From Phycisphaera mikurensis NBRC 102666 (GTDB taxonomy: Bacteria > Planctomycetota > Phycisphaerae > Phycisphaerales > Phycisphaeraceae): 32,000 bases of DNA. The notes beneath the pieces were generated by a model. The model was not told the origin of the DNA. It worked only from the letters and a program-made list of their open reading frames with translations, and made no database searches. A program made the position numbers and the translations under genes. Positions 8,517-16,691 of this stretch are shown here, in pieces. Each line of letters opens with the position of its first letter. The stretch's first letter is position 1. Location: assembly GCF_000284115.1 (NCBI RefSeq), contig NC_017080.1, positions 2,940,001 to 2,972,000 on the forward strand, given 5' to 3'.

Positions 8517-11359
8517 CGCGTGCGTGCCGGTCCGCGGCCATCGCCCTCGTGCTCCACCTCGCCGCGGGCGTAGCGTTCGCGGAGCCGGCGTGGGCCGCCG
8601 CTCTTGAAGCCCGCGCCGCCACGCTCGACGCGCCCGGCTTCACCGCCGCGGTCCTCCGCGGCGGCGACCTCGCCACCCACGCGGGGGGCTTCCGCGACGA
8701 GGGCGAGACGGAAGCGATGCGGCCGGGCGATCGCTTCCGCCTCGCCAGCGTCACGAAGCTCTACCTCGCCGCGGCCGTGCTGCAGCTCGTGGACGAGGGG
8801 AAGCTGGACCTCAACGAGACCATCGACCGCTACGTCGGCGGCGTGCCCCACGGCGACGCCATCACCCTGCGGATGCTCGGCCGCCACGAGAGCGGGCTCG
8901 ACGACGCGATCCGCCAGATGCCGTTCCACCGGGCCCTCGCGGCCGAGCCCGGCCGGGCCTGGCCCGCGGGCGAGCTGCTCCGCTACGCGCTTGAGCCCGG
9001 CCCCCGCTCGGCCCCCGGCGAGGCCTGGCACTACAGCAACGCGAACTCGATCCTGCTGGGCCTCGCGGTCGAGCGTGCGACCGGCAGGAGCTGGCAAGAC
9101 CACGTCCGCACGCGGATCCTGGCGCCGCTGGGGCTCACGCGGACCGGCTTCGACGCCGGGCCCGTCGACCCCCGCGGCTACCGCTACGGCAAGCCCGACG
9201 ACCCGGTCGGCTACGGCACGGACTGGTTCGACGCCACCGGCTGGTCCGCCGGCTGGACCGGCGCCGCCGGCTCGATGACCGGCGACGCCGCCGACACGGC
9301 CCGCTTCCTCGCCGCCCTCTTCGGCGGCGACCTGCTCTCCGAGGACGGCCGGGCCGAGCTCATCGACTTCGCGCGCACCGGCGACAGCGGCTTCTTCTAC
9401 GGCTTCCACTGCCACCGCGTGGGCGTTTCCGGCAGCGACGCGGTCGGCTTCGGCCACCACGGCGACGTTCCCGGCTACAGCAGCAGCGCCGTGTGGCTGC
9501 CAGAGAGCCGCACCGCATTCGTCGTGCTCGCCAACCTCTCCGCCGAGCTGGACAAGCAGACCACCGCGACGAAGCTCGGCGAAGCGGCGTTGCCGACGCT
9601 GGCCCGCCCGGGCGGCGCCGCGGACCGCGGCGTTCCCGCCGCGCTGGAAGCCGCGGTCCGCGGCATCGTCGGGGGCTCGGCCGTCCGCCGCGCCGCCGTG
9701 GTCGTGGTGGAGGACGGCCGCGCGAGCGAGCCGCTCGGAGCGGGTTCCGCCGACGGTTCTGGCCGATTCCGGGCCGGCTCCGTCTCCAAGCTGCTCACCG
9801 CCCTGCTCGCCCTCCGCGCGGAAGAGGCCGGCGTGCTCTCGCTGGACACCGCCGTGCTCGACCTGCTGCCGGGCAGCCTCGAGGGGCCCGGCGCCGAGCG
9901 CGTCACCCTCGCCCACCTGCTCGAGCACACCGCCGGCCTGCCCGGCAGCTCCCCCGCCGAGTACGCGGCCGACGCGCCCGGGCTCGACCCGCTCGACTAC
10001 GTCCGGGAGCGGGCTCCCCTCCGGCTTCGCTGGGCGCCCGGCCTGCACCACAGCTACGCCAACGCCGGCGTCACGGTCGCCGCCGCCATGGTCGAGGCCG
10101 CTTGGGGCGCCGGCTTCGACGCGCTCATGCGTCGAGAGGTGCTCGGCCCGCTGGGCATGGCCGACACCGACTTCGCCGGGGCGGGAGCGGTCGACGCGCC
10201 CCCGAGCTTCGCCGCCGACGGGCAGCGGGTGATGCCGCCCTGGCGGATGCCCGTCCGCCCCGCCGGGTCCGTCGTCACCACCGCCGCCGACCTGGGCCGC
10301 CTCCTCGAGGCCCTTCTCGCCGACGACGGCTCCTTCCTCTCGCCCGCCGCGCTCGTCCGGCTGCACGAAGGCCGCACCTCGCCGGTCGCCCGGGCCGGCG
10401 GAGGCGCCGGGGTCTACGGCCTCGGCAACTTCCCGTACATCGCCAACGGCCGGTCGCTCCGCGGCCACTGGGGCCGGACCGAGGGCTACCAGGCCTCCGT
10501 CGCCTACCTGCCCGGTCCGCCCGGGGTCTCCGGCGGTGGCCGCGGCTACGTGCTGCTCGTCGACACCGCCGACCGTGCCGCGGTGTCGCGGCTCCGGTCC
10601 GCGCTGGACGGCCACGCCACCCGCGGCCTGCCCGCCGCCGCGCCCGCCGCTTCCGTGGGCCCCGCCCCCGACGCGGTCGCCGGCCTCTACGAGAACGCCT
10701 CCCACGACAGCGTTCAGCGTGCCTGGCTGTTCGCCCTCCTCGACGCCCGCCGCCTCACCCCCACGCCCGACGGCCTTGCCGTCGCTCCCGCTCTTGGCGG
10801 TCCACCGACCGCCTGGACGCAGACCGCCCCCGGGCTCTACCGCGCCGACGGCCTCGCCGTCGCCAGCGGCGCGACGTTCCAGGCCGGCGGCGACGCCTTC
10901 TGGGCCGACGGCGAGAGCTACCGCCGCGTGTCCGCGTGGTCCTGGTGGGGCCGCTGGACCGCCCTCGCGTCCGGCCTGCTCGCCGCCGCCGCCGCGCCTC
11001 TGCTCTGGCTGCTCGTCGTGCTCGTGCCCCCGCTCCGCTCCGCGTTGCTCCTTCCGGCCACCGCGCTCGGGCTCGCGGGCCTTGCGCTGCTCGTCCTCGT
11101 CGGCGGCTTCGTCGGCTTCCACCTCGGCGGCGACCTGTCGACGATCGCCCGCCTCGGCCGCGTCGGCCCCGCCTCCCTCACCCTCCTCGCCGCCAGCGTC
11201 CTCGCTCCCCTCGCGCTGGCCGCCGGCCTGCTCGGCCTCGCCCCGCGGTATCGGAGCCGGGCCGCCTGGGCCCTCGCCGCGGGCCTCGCGCTGCCGATGG
11301 CCGCCGCGGTCGTTCTGCTCTGGTCCTCCGGGATGATCCCCTGCGTCAGCTGGGCCTGA
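8513..11359 (+). CDS. Tandem double serine-hydrolase (beta-lactamase class C / PBP-like) protein with a C-terminal multi-TM anchor
   Basis: In frame within track ORF 7625..11359. GTG at 8513 overlaps the upstream stop (GTGA). Signal peptide [23 protein letters not shown]. Domain 1 has SVTK, HYSNAN and HHGDVPGY. Domain 2 has SVSK, SYANAG and [13 protein letters not shown]3471-like segment follows ([19 protein letters not shown]), then about 4 hydrophobic helices up to the stop. Confidence 0.85.
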   Translation: MTRACRSAAIALVLHLAAGVAFAEPAWAAALEARAATLDAPGFTAAVLRGGDLATHAGGFRDEGETEAMRPGDRFRLASVTKLYLAAAVLQLVDEGKLDLNETIDRYVGGVPHGDAITLRMLGRHESGLDDAIRQMPFHRALAAEPGRAWPAGELLRYALEPGPRSAPGEAWHYSNANSILLGLAVERATGRSWQDHVRTRILAPLGLTRTGFDAGPVDPRGYRYGKPDDPVGYGTDWFDATGWSAGWTGAAGSMTGDAADTARFLAALFGGDLLSEDGRAELIDFARTGDSGFFYGFHCHRVGVSGSDAVGFGHHGDVPGYSSSAVWLPESRTAFVVLANLSAELDKQTTATKLGEAALPTLARPGGAADRGVPAALEAAVRGIVGGSAVRRAAVVVVEDGRASEPLGAGSADGSGRFRAGSVSKLLTALLALRAEEAGVLSLDTAVLDLLPGSLEGPGAERVTLAHLLEHTAGLPGSSPAEYAADAPGLDPLDYVRERAPLRLRWAPGLHHSYANAGVTVAAAMVEAAWGAGFDALMRREVLGPLGMADTDFAGAGAVDAPPSFAADGQRVMPPWRMPVRPAGSVVTTAADLGRLLEALLADDGSFLSPAALVRLHEGRTSPVARAGGGAGVYGLGNFPYIANGRSLRGHWGRTEGYQASVAYLPGPPGVSGGGRGYVLLVDTADRAAVSRLRSALDGHATRGLPAAAPAASVGPAPDAVAGLYENASHDSVQRAWLFALLDARRLTPTPDGLAVAPALGGPPTAWTQTAPGLYRADGLAVASGATFQAGGDAFWADGESYRRVSAWSWWGRWTALASGLLAAAAAPLLWLLVVLVPPLRSALLLPATALGLAGLALLVLVGGFVGFHLGGDLSTIARLGRVGPASLTLLAASVLAPLALAAGLLGLAPRYRSRAAWALAAGLALPMAAAVVLLWSSGMIPCVSWA
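9618..9663. repeat. 46-nt hairpin element, copy E (inside the CDS at the junction of the two beta-lactamase domains)
   Basis: CCGCGGACCG cggcgttcccgccgcgctggaagccg CGGTCCGCGG. Exact 10-nt inverted arms and a 26-nt core; the core ends CGGC/GCCG extend the stem to 14 bp. Encodes ..[16 protein letters not shown].. Confidence 0.8.
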
Positions 11360-11465
11360 TCCTCACGCCGGGCGACGCCGCCGGGGGCGGCGAGCGACGC
11401 GCTGGGCCTCCGGCCGACGGAGCTTTGGAACCGCGGGAGTTCCCGAGGTGGGGTAACGTCGGGCC

Positions 11466-12248
11466 ATGTGGAAGCGAACCCGGACGATCGCGTCGGCGCT
11501 GGCGCTGGCGGCCGCAGCCGCGGGTCCCGCGGCGGCGCTGGAGGCGATCGGCTCCCGGCTGGAGGCGCTGCGGGACCCCGGCGTCGCGCACGCGCAGCCC
11601 GCCGGCGTCGACGCCGACGGCGCGCGGGCCTGGGCGCTGGGGCCGGTCGCGGGCTTCCGCGGCGAGGTGACGACCTGGAACGGCGTGCCGCACGTGTGCG
11701 TGCTGGACGCCGAGGGCCGGCCCTTCACCCTGCCGCCGGACGAGGGGGGACGCCGGCCGGTCGGCTTCCTCGTCCGCGCGATGGCGGCTCCGTCCGACTG
11801 GCCGAGCCCGCACCGCGAGGCCGGCCGCACGCGTGACCTCGCCGGCCTCGCCCGGCTGGTGGAGGCCGCCGCGGACGCGTCGGGCGTGGACCTCGACGCC
11901 GAGGGCGTGGCCTTCCGCTTGGAGGGCCGGGCGGAGGAGGTGACGTACCACGTCATCTGGCGGCCGGACGGCGAGCGGCCCCTGGCCGAGGGCGAGCACC
12001 CGGGCGTCCTGCACCGGGAGCGGAAGATCCGCTTCACGCGGAAGGACGTGCCCGTGCGGCTGGTCGGCGTGTACGCGCGCCCGCTGGAGGGCACCCACAC
12101 CCACCCGGGCAACCCGCTGCACGTCCACGCGATCCTGCCCCACGCCGATCACCCCGGCTCCTTCGTGCCGGTGCGAACCGTGGGCGGGCACGTCGAGGCG
12201 ATCCTCCTCGGCGGCATCGACGCCTTCAGCGTCACCACCGGGCGCTGA
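11466..12248 (+). CDS. Secreted hypothetical protein, possibly an alpha-acetolactate decarboxylase-like fold
   Basis: 260-aa track ORF. Signal peptide MWKRTRTIASALALAAAAAGPAAA. Segment order loosely parallels AlsD/BudA proteins (..VRLVGVYARPLEGTHTHPGNPLHVHAI...VGGHVEAI versus the family pattern GTLVGF...GYHLHF...GGHVLD). The similarity is judged by eye and is weak. Confidence 0.55.
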   Translation: MWKRTRTIASALALAAAAAGPAAALEAIGSRLEALRDPGVAHAQPAGVDADGARAWALGPVAGFRGEVTTWNGVPHVCVLDAEGRPFTLPPDEGGRRPVGFLVRAMAAPSDWPSPHREAGRTRDLAGLARLVEAAADASGVDLDAEGVAFRLEGRAEEVTYHVIWRPDGERPLAEGEHPGVLHRERKIRFTRKDVPVRLVGVYARPLEGTHTHPGNPLHVHAILPHADHPGSFVPVRTVGGHVEAILLGGIDAFSVTTGR

Positions 12249-12333
12249 AGCCGGGGCCCGGACGGCGGTGGGAGGGCCCGGAAGCCGCGGCATCCACCGC
12301 CGGCGGGCCTTCCCGGCCTACCGTGCGGGTTGC

Positions 12334-12756
12334 ATGCGTCACGCCCTCCCCTGCGTTCTCGCCCTCGGCCTCGTGGCCCCGCTGGGGGGCTGTGCCGGCT
12401 CCGCGGCAAACACGGTCGAGCCCGGCTTCTCCCGCACGGAGGCCAAGGAGGAGCTGATCGACAAGGCCGTCGTCGATCCGGGCCTCGCCAGCCGCGTGAG
12501 CGTCGAGAGCGTGCAGGTGGCCCGAGACCTGCGGCTGCGGCGGGTGGCGGCGAACCTGCGGAACCGCACGCGCGACGCGAGCTTCTTCCAGTACCGCTAC
12601 CGCTGGTTCGACAAGAACGGCATCCAGATCGACACGCCGCTGGACGCGTGGCAGACCGCCCACGTGCTCGGCGGCGACACCGGCCAGCTCGTCGGGATCG
12701 CGCCCAACGCCGAGGCGGTCGACTGGTCTCTTTCCATCCGCGGAGACGGAAACTGA
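12334..12756 (+). CDS. YcfL-like (DUF1425) lipoprotein
   Basis: Within track ORF 12268..12756, ATG at 12334. MRHALPCVLALGLVAPLGGC has a lipobox (LGGC). RNRTRDASFFQYRYRWFDKNGIQID...WQTAHVLGGDTGQLVGIAPNAEAVDWSLSIR matches the YcfL pattern (a YRF.WyD..G block, then aP...A..frl.iR). Confidence 0.7.
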   Translation: MRHALPCVLALGLVAPLGGCAGSAANTVEPGFSRTEAKEELIDKAVVDPGLASRVSVESVQVARDLRLRRVAANLRNRTRDASFFQYRYRWFDKNGIQIDTPLDAWQTAHVLGGDTGQLVGIAPNAEAVDWSLSIRGDGN

Positions 12757-13430
12757 TGCGACGCTTTCCCCTGCCCTCCCCGCGGACCGTCGGCCTCGGA
12801 CGCGATCCCGCCCCGCGGTCCGCGGCGGTCTGCGCCATCGCCGCCGCCCTCCTCGTCGCGTCCTGCGGGCCGGCGTCGCAGCGGATCGACCCGCGCGGCG
12901 ACCGACAGGTGCAGGGCGAGACGGCGACGTTCGCGCAGTTCAGCGACGCGGCCAGCGAGATGCTCGGCAAGATGCTGCGGTCGGACTTCCTCGACCGCGA
13001 GGCCTACCGGCCGCACCCGGTGCGCATGGTCGTGTCGGACATCGAGAACAAGACCGACACGCTGCCGCCGACGGAGCTGATGCTGTCGCGGATCCGCGAA
13101 GGCCTGCTCAACAGCGGCAAGGTCGTGTACGTGAGCACGCTGGGCAGCGACGGCACCGACCGCTTCACCACCGAGGCGCCCGGGCAGCTGCTCGACGGCC
13201 GCCCGAACTTCCGCGACGACACGCTCCCCGAGGCCGGGCAATTCGAGGCCCCGCGCCTGTCGCTGCGGACGCAGGTGCTCTGGTACGCGCAGGTCGGCAA
13301 CCAGGCGCGGCAGAGCACCTACGTGGTGCGGATGTTCGTCTCGGACGTCCAGCGGGGCGTGACGATCTGGGAGTCCACGAGCGACCCGATCGCGATCCGG
13401 ACCGAGCGTGGCCGCGGCGTGGGGCTGTAG
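12756..13430 (+). CDS. LpoB-like lipoprotein (penicillin-binding protein activator LpoB / COG3417-like)
   Basis: In frame within track ORF 12330..13430. ATG at 12756 overlaps the ycfL-like stop (TGATG). Lipobox LVASCG comes after an unusually long N-region. VRMVVSDIENKTDTLPPTELMLSRIREGLLNSGKVVYV and the C-terminal ..YVVRMFVSDVQRGVTIWES fit the LpoB-type fold pattern. No alternative in-frame start lies between 12756 and the lipobox. Confidence 0.65.
   Translation: MRRFPLPSPRTVGLGRDPAPRSAAVCAIAAALLVASCGPASQRIDPRGDRQVQGETATFAQFSDAASEMLGKMLRSDFLDREAYRPHPVRMVVSDIENKTDTLPPTELMLSRIREGLLNSGKVVYVSTLGSDGTDRFTTEAPGQLLDGRPNFRDDTLPEAGQFEAPRLSLRTQVLWYAQVGNQARQSTYVVRMFVSDVQRGVTIWESTSDPIAIRTERGRGVGL
12780..12825. 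repeat. 46-nt hairpin element, copy D (inside codons 9-24 of the LpoB-like CDS)
   Basis: CCGCGGACCG tcggcctcggacgcgatcccgccccg CGGTCCGCGG. Exact arms and a 26-nt core. The first 16 nt are identical to the left arm of copy B. Confidence 0.8.
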
Positions 13431-13463
13431 GCCGCGCCTCCGCCTGGCGGCGTGGAGCCCGGG

Positions 13464-14375
13464 TCAACCCTCCGCGGGCGGGAGCGGCACGCCGGCGAGG
13501 GCGACGACGCGGTCCATCAGCTGGTTGCGACGCACGGCCTTCGAGAGGTCGACGGGCAGCAGCACGCCGTGGCTGTGGTCGCTGGCGAGGATGATGCCGT
13601 TGTCGCACAGCGGCTCGGTCCCGAAGTCCGCGGGCTGGTGGCCGAGGAGGAAGACGTCGACGCCCCAGGCGTCGGCGAGCTCCTCGGTGACCTTCTTGTT
13701 CTGGTAGCGGCCCCAAACCATCTCGTAGGCGGAGCCGCGGGGCTCGAGGTCGTCCATCTCCAGCTCGCGGTCGAGGATGCCCTTGTCGAAGCGCTCGATC
13801 GCCCGCGGGGCGGGCAGCGAGTGGGCGACGAGCACGCCCAGCGCCCCGCGCACGCAGAGGGGCATCGCGCGGACGTAGGCGTTGATCGCCTCGCGGACCT
13901 CGCCGGCGCGGTCCTGGTAGAGGAACTCGACGCCGTCGTCGAAGGCCTCGACCACGGAGGCGCCCTGCTTGACGATGCCCTCGCCGAGCAGCTGGGCGAG
14001 CTCGTGGTTGGACAGCAGCACGTGGACGTGCTCGGGGAACCTCGCTTTGAGGGCGGCGACGCGGGCGAGCATCCGCACGGAAAGGTCTTCCCCGTTGAAG
14101 CTGGCCTCGCCGTGGATGACCTCGTGCAGCACGAGGTGCGGCAGGTCGGGGTCCTCCGGCGAGGCGGTGTCCAGGCCGGCGAAGCGGACGATCCGCCGGA
14201 AGTTGTTCATGTCGTCGTGCAGGTCGCCGGTGACGAGGAGCCGGCCGGTGTCGCCGAGGTGGATGGTGGAGCCGCGGCGCTTCGGGTCGCGGCGGCAGGC
14301 CTCGGCCGCGGCGTGGAAGACGTCGATGACCGCGTCGGCGTTGGAGAGGTCGAGTCCGGGGTCCGCGGGGTCCAT
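13464..14375 (-). CDS. Metallophosphoesterase, PPP-family Ser/Thr phosphatase-like
   Basis: 303-aa track ORF. Calcineurin-like motifs GDLHD, LSNHE (a GNHE variant), VAHS and LLGHQ occur in the canonical order. Confidence 0.8.
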   Translation of the reverse strand: MDPADPGLDLSNADAVIDVFHAAAEACRRDPKRRGSTIHLGDTGRLLVTGDLHDDMNNFRRIVRFAGLDTASPEDPDLPHLVLHEVIHGEASFNGEDLSVRMLARVAALKARFPEHVHVLLSNHELAQLLGEGIVKQGASVVEAFDDGVEFLYQDRAGEVREAINAYVRAMPLCVRGALGVLVAHSLPAPRAIERFDKGILDRELEMDDLEPRGSAYEMVWGRYQNKKVTEELADAWGVDVFLLGHQPADFGTEPLCDNGIILASDHSHGVLLPVDLSKAVRRNQLMDRVVALAGVPLPPAEG

Positions 14376-14442
14376 GCCGGCAGACTATGAACCCGCCGCG
14401 GGCCGCCGGAAACGCGCTCCGGGCCGCCCGCCGACCAATGCA

Positions 14443-15102
14443 ATGGCCCCGCGTCGGCCGCGTTGCCCCTCCGACCGCCTCTCCTGCGCCTTGCTCCGCC
14501 CCCCCGCCGACCCCCGACGCGACTGGCCGCTCCTCGTGGAGCGGGCCCGGACGGGCGACGCCGCGGCCTGGTCGGCGATCGTCGACGGGATGGGCCCGCG
14601 GGTCATGGGCCTGATGGTGGCCCGCACCCGCGACCGAGAGCTCGCCGAGGAGCTGACCGCGGCGACCTTCGCGAAGCTCGTGGAGGTGCTGACCGACCCG
14701 ACCGCCAAGGCCACGTACACGGAGAGCGGACGCTTCGAGGCCTGGCTCTTGCGCATCGCCATGAACAAGCTCCGCGACGAGATGCGGAGGCGGAAGAAGG
14801 CGGGGCCGGGTTCCCAAGCGGACGACGAGGGCGGCGACCCGCTCGACCGGTTCGCCGGGGACGCTGCGGAAGCGTGCGAACTCGCCGAAGTCGCGGAGTC
14901 CCTCGCCGGGCTCCGTGCCGCCGTGGCGACGCTGCCCGACGCCGACCGCGAGGTGCTGCACCTCCGCCACACCGCCGGATTGACCTTCCCGGAGATCGCC
15001 GCCCGGCTCGCCCAGCCACTGGGCACGGTGCTGGCCCGGGCCCACCGCGCCCACAAGAAGCTCGCCCGCCTGCTGACCGCTCCGCACCCCCTCGCCCGCT
15101 GA
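14443..15102 (+). CDS. RNA polymerase ECF-type sigma factor
   Basis: C-terminal part of track ORF 13969..15102. Region 2 (LLVERARTGDAAAWSAIVDGMGPRVMGLMVAR...FEAWLLRIAMNKLRDEMRRRKK) and region 4 (ATLPDADREVLHLRHTAGLTFPEIAARLAQPLGTVLARAHRAHKKL). The start is ambiguous: ATG at 14443 or in-frame TTG at 14491. Confidence 0.85.
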   Translation: MAPRRPRCPSDRLSCALLRPPADPRRDWPLLVERARTGDAAAWSAIVDGMGPRVMGLMVARTRDRELAEELTAATFAKLVEVLTDPTAKATYTESGRFEAWLLRIAMNKLRDEMRRRKKAGPGSQADDEGGDPLDRFAGDAAEACELAEVAESLAGLRAAVATLPDADREVLHLRHTAGLTFPEIAARLAQPLGTVLARAHRAHKKLARLLTAPHPLAR

Positions 15103-15110
15103 GGCCCGTC

Positions 15111-15734
15111 ATGCTCCCGCAACGCCTCGATCACGCCGGCCGACCGCCCGACCCCGCCGCCGAGGCCCGCCTCGACGTCGCGCTCGCGCCGGCCCCGCTG
15201 GACCCGGCCTTCCGCCGCCGGCTGCTGGCCCTGCACGCGCCGCTGGCCGCGCAGAGCCCCGGCGCGGCCCCCACCGTCGCCGGCCGCATCGGCCCACGCG
15301 GGCCCCGCTCGGTCGCCGCCGCGCTGGCCGCGACGCTGGCGGCGGCGGCGGTGGCGGCGATCGTCATCGCGCCGTGGGGGGCGCTGCCGGGCGAAGCGCC
15401 GAGCGGGGCGACCGCCCCGGCGGGGACCTCGCCGCTCGCGGCCGCCGACGCCGCGCCCGGGCCCGAGCCCGATGCGCGGGAGCCCGCCTCGCCCGGGCTC
15501 TCCGGGCTGCCCGGGCTGCGGGCGCTGGCCGACGCCGCCGCGGCCAGCGGCCTGCAGCCGGCCCACGGCGGGGACGCCGCAGACCCGGCGGCCACAGCGG
15601 CCCCGGGGACCGCCGAGCACCGGCTGGCGGAGCTCGAAGCGGCCGCCGGCGATCCCTGGGCCCGCTCCGCCTGGGCCGCCGCCGAAGCCGACGCGCTCTT
15701 CGCCGACGGCCCGTCCTCCACGACCCTCTTCTAG
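15111..15734 (+). CDS. Putative anti-sigma factor (single-pass membrane protein)
   Basis: In frame within track ORF 14463..15734. ATG lies 8 nt after the sigma stop. One hydrophobic helix (SVAAALAATLAAAAVAAIVIAPW) separates a short N-terminal part from an Ala/Pro-rich C-terminal part. The call rests on position and topology only. Confidence 0.5.
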   Translation: MLPQRLDHAGRPPDPAAEARLDVALAPAPLDPAFRRRLLALHAPLAAQSPGAAPTVAGRIGPRGPRSVAAALAATLAAAAVAAIVIAPWGALPGEAPSGATAPAGTSPLAAADAAPGPEPDAREPASPGLSGLPGLRALADAAAASGLQPAHGGDAADPAATAAPGTAEHRLAELEAAAGDPWARSAWAAAEADALFADGPSSTTLF

Positions 15735-15759
15735 ATCCACCCCCTCCGAGGCTCCCGCC

Positions 15760-16497
15760 ATGCATGCTCTCTTTCACGCCCGCCCGCTGCCCGCCGCGCT
15801 GCTGGCCGCCGCGCTCGCCGCCGCCCCGCCCGCCCTCGCCCAGCCCGATCCGCCGCCGCCGCCGCGACAGGCGGATCAAGACCGCGGCCACGGGCAGCAC
15901 CACGATCGCGAGGGGCGGCGTGGCGACGCCGGTCACCGCGGGAGGGAGGGGCGCCACGGCGGCGGCGGCGAGGAAGACCACCGCCGCCCCTCGCGCGAGG
16001 AGATGGCCGCCGTGCTCCGCGACATCGACCCCGCGCTCGCCGAGCGGGTGGCCGACCGCGAGGCCCGCGGCGGCCCCGGGGGGTTGGCCGGCCGCCCGGG
16101 CCGGGGCGTCGTCGCCGCCGACGGCATCCGCACGCTGTTCCCGCAGATTGCGCGCCTCACCCGGCTCAAGCAGGTCGACCCCGCGCTCTACGACCTCCGC
16201 GTCCGCGACATCCGCTTCGAGCGCGACACCGAGCGGATCGTCGCCGAGGGCCGGCGGCTCCGCGGCGACCCGACGATCGAGGACGCCGACGACCGGCTGG
16301 AGGACCTCCACGACGAGCTCGAGGAGAAGGTCGAGGCGCACTTCGAACTCCGCCAGGAGATCCGCGCCGCCGAGCTGGAGCGGCTGGAGAAGCGGCTGGA
16401 GCAACTCGAGGAGGACCTCAAGCGGCGGCAGGACGACAAGGACGCGCTGATCGCCCAGCGCCTGGCCAAGCTCCGCGGCGACGACGGCGGCTGGTGA
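15760..16497 (+). CDS. Secreted coiled-coil protein (hypothetical), third gene of the ECF module
   Basis: In frame within track ORF 15472..16497. Signal peptide MHALFHARPLPAALLAAALAAAPPALAQP, a His/Arg/Gly/Asp-rich low-complexity segment, then an E/R/L-rich helical C-terminus (LHDELEEKVEAHFELRQEIRAAELERLEKRLEQLEEDLKRRQDDKDALIAQRLAKL). This is reminiscent of periplasmic Spy/CpxP-type helical proteins, but no motif was confirmed. Confidence 0.55.
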   Translation: MHALFHARPLPAALLAAALAAAPPALAQPDPPPPPRQADQDRGHGQHHDREGRRGDAGHRGREGRHGGGGEEDHRRPSREEMAAVLRDIDPALAERVADREARGGPGGLAGRPGRGVVAADGIRTLFPQIARLTRLKQVDPALYDLRVRDIRFERDTERIVAEGRRLRGDPTIEDADDRLEDLHDELEEKVEAHFELRQEIRAAELERLEKRLEQLEEDLKRRQDDKDALIAQRLAKLRGDDGGW

Positions 16498-16645
16498 TCG
16501 GCTCGGCGCCCGGGGTCCGGCGTCTCCGGGGAGAAGATTCTTCCTTCACCCCGCTCCGGGCGGAGGCGCGGCGATTTGCGGGCAGCGAGACGCGGCCGGC
16601 TGCGCCGTCGACCGGCCGGAGAACGACGCAGCGTCCGCGTCCGCT

Positions 16646-16691
16646 CCGCGGACCGGGAGACGTTGAAGCCGATGGGGAGCGCGGTCCGCGG
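16646..16691. repeat. 46-nt hairpin element, copy A (convergent intergenic region)
   Basis: CCGCGGACCG ggagacgttgaagccgatggggagcg CGGTCCGCGG. Exact arms and a 26-nt core. It lies between the stops of the 15760 gene and the PDZ gene and could act as a bidirectional terminator. A near-palindrome GCTGATCCGGATCGGC follows directly. Confidence 0.8.

Noticed and set aside
8470-8537. Imperfect inverted repeat CCGCGGACGG ... CGGTCCGCGG spanning the prepilin-like stop and the beta-lactamase GTG start
   Set aside because: The spacing is 48 nt rather than 26, and one arm carries a mismatch. Both arms are explained by coding constraints. It may be an RNA structure around the coupled start, but it is not a family member by my criteria.
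11376-11392. Small hairpin CGCCGCC-ggg-GGCGGCG after the beta-lactamase gene, and GCGGGCC-tcggcgt-GGCCCGC (27447-27467) after the glycosyltransferase gene, as intrinsic terminators
   Set aside because: The stems are only 7 bp and no T-tract follows. They are indistinguishable from background GC self-complementarity without transcript data.
14408-14435. ECF-type autoregulatory promoter (GGAAAC-18 nt-CGAC) upstream of the sigma gene
   Set aside because: The spacer is longer than the usual 16-17 nt and the -10 element is weak. It would leave the ATG at 14443 essentially leaderless. It would be plausible only if the TTG at 14491 is the true start, and I cannot decide that from sequence alone.
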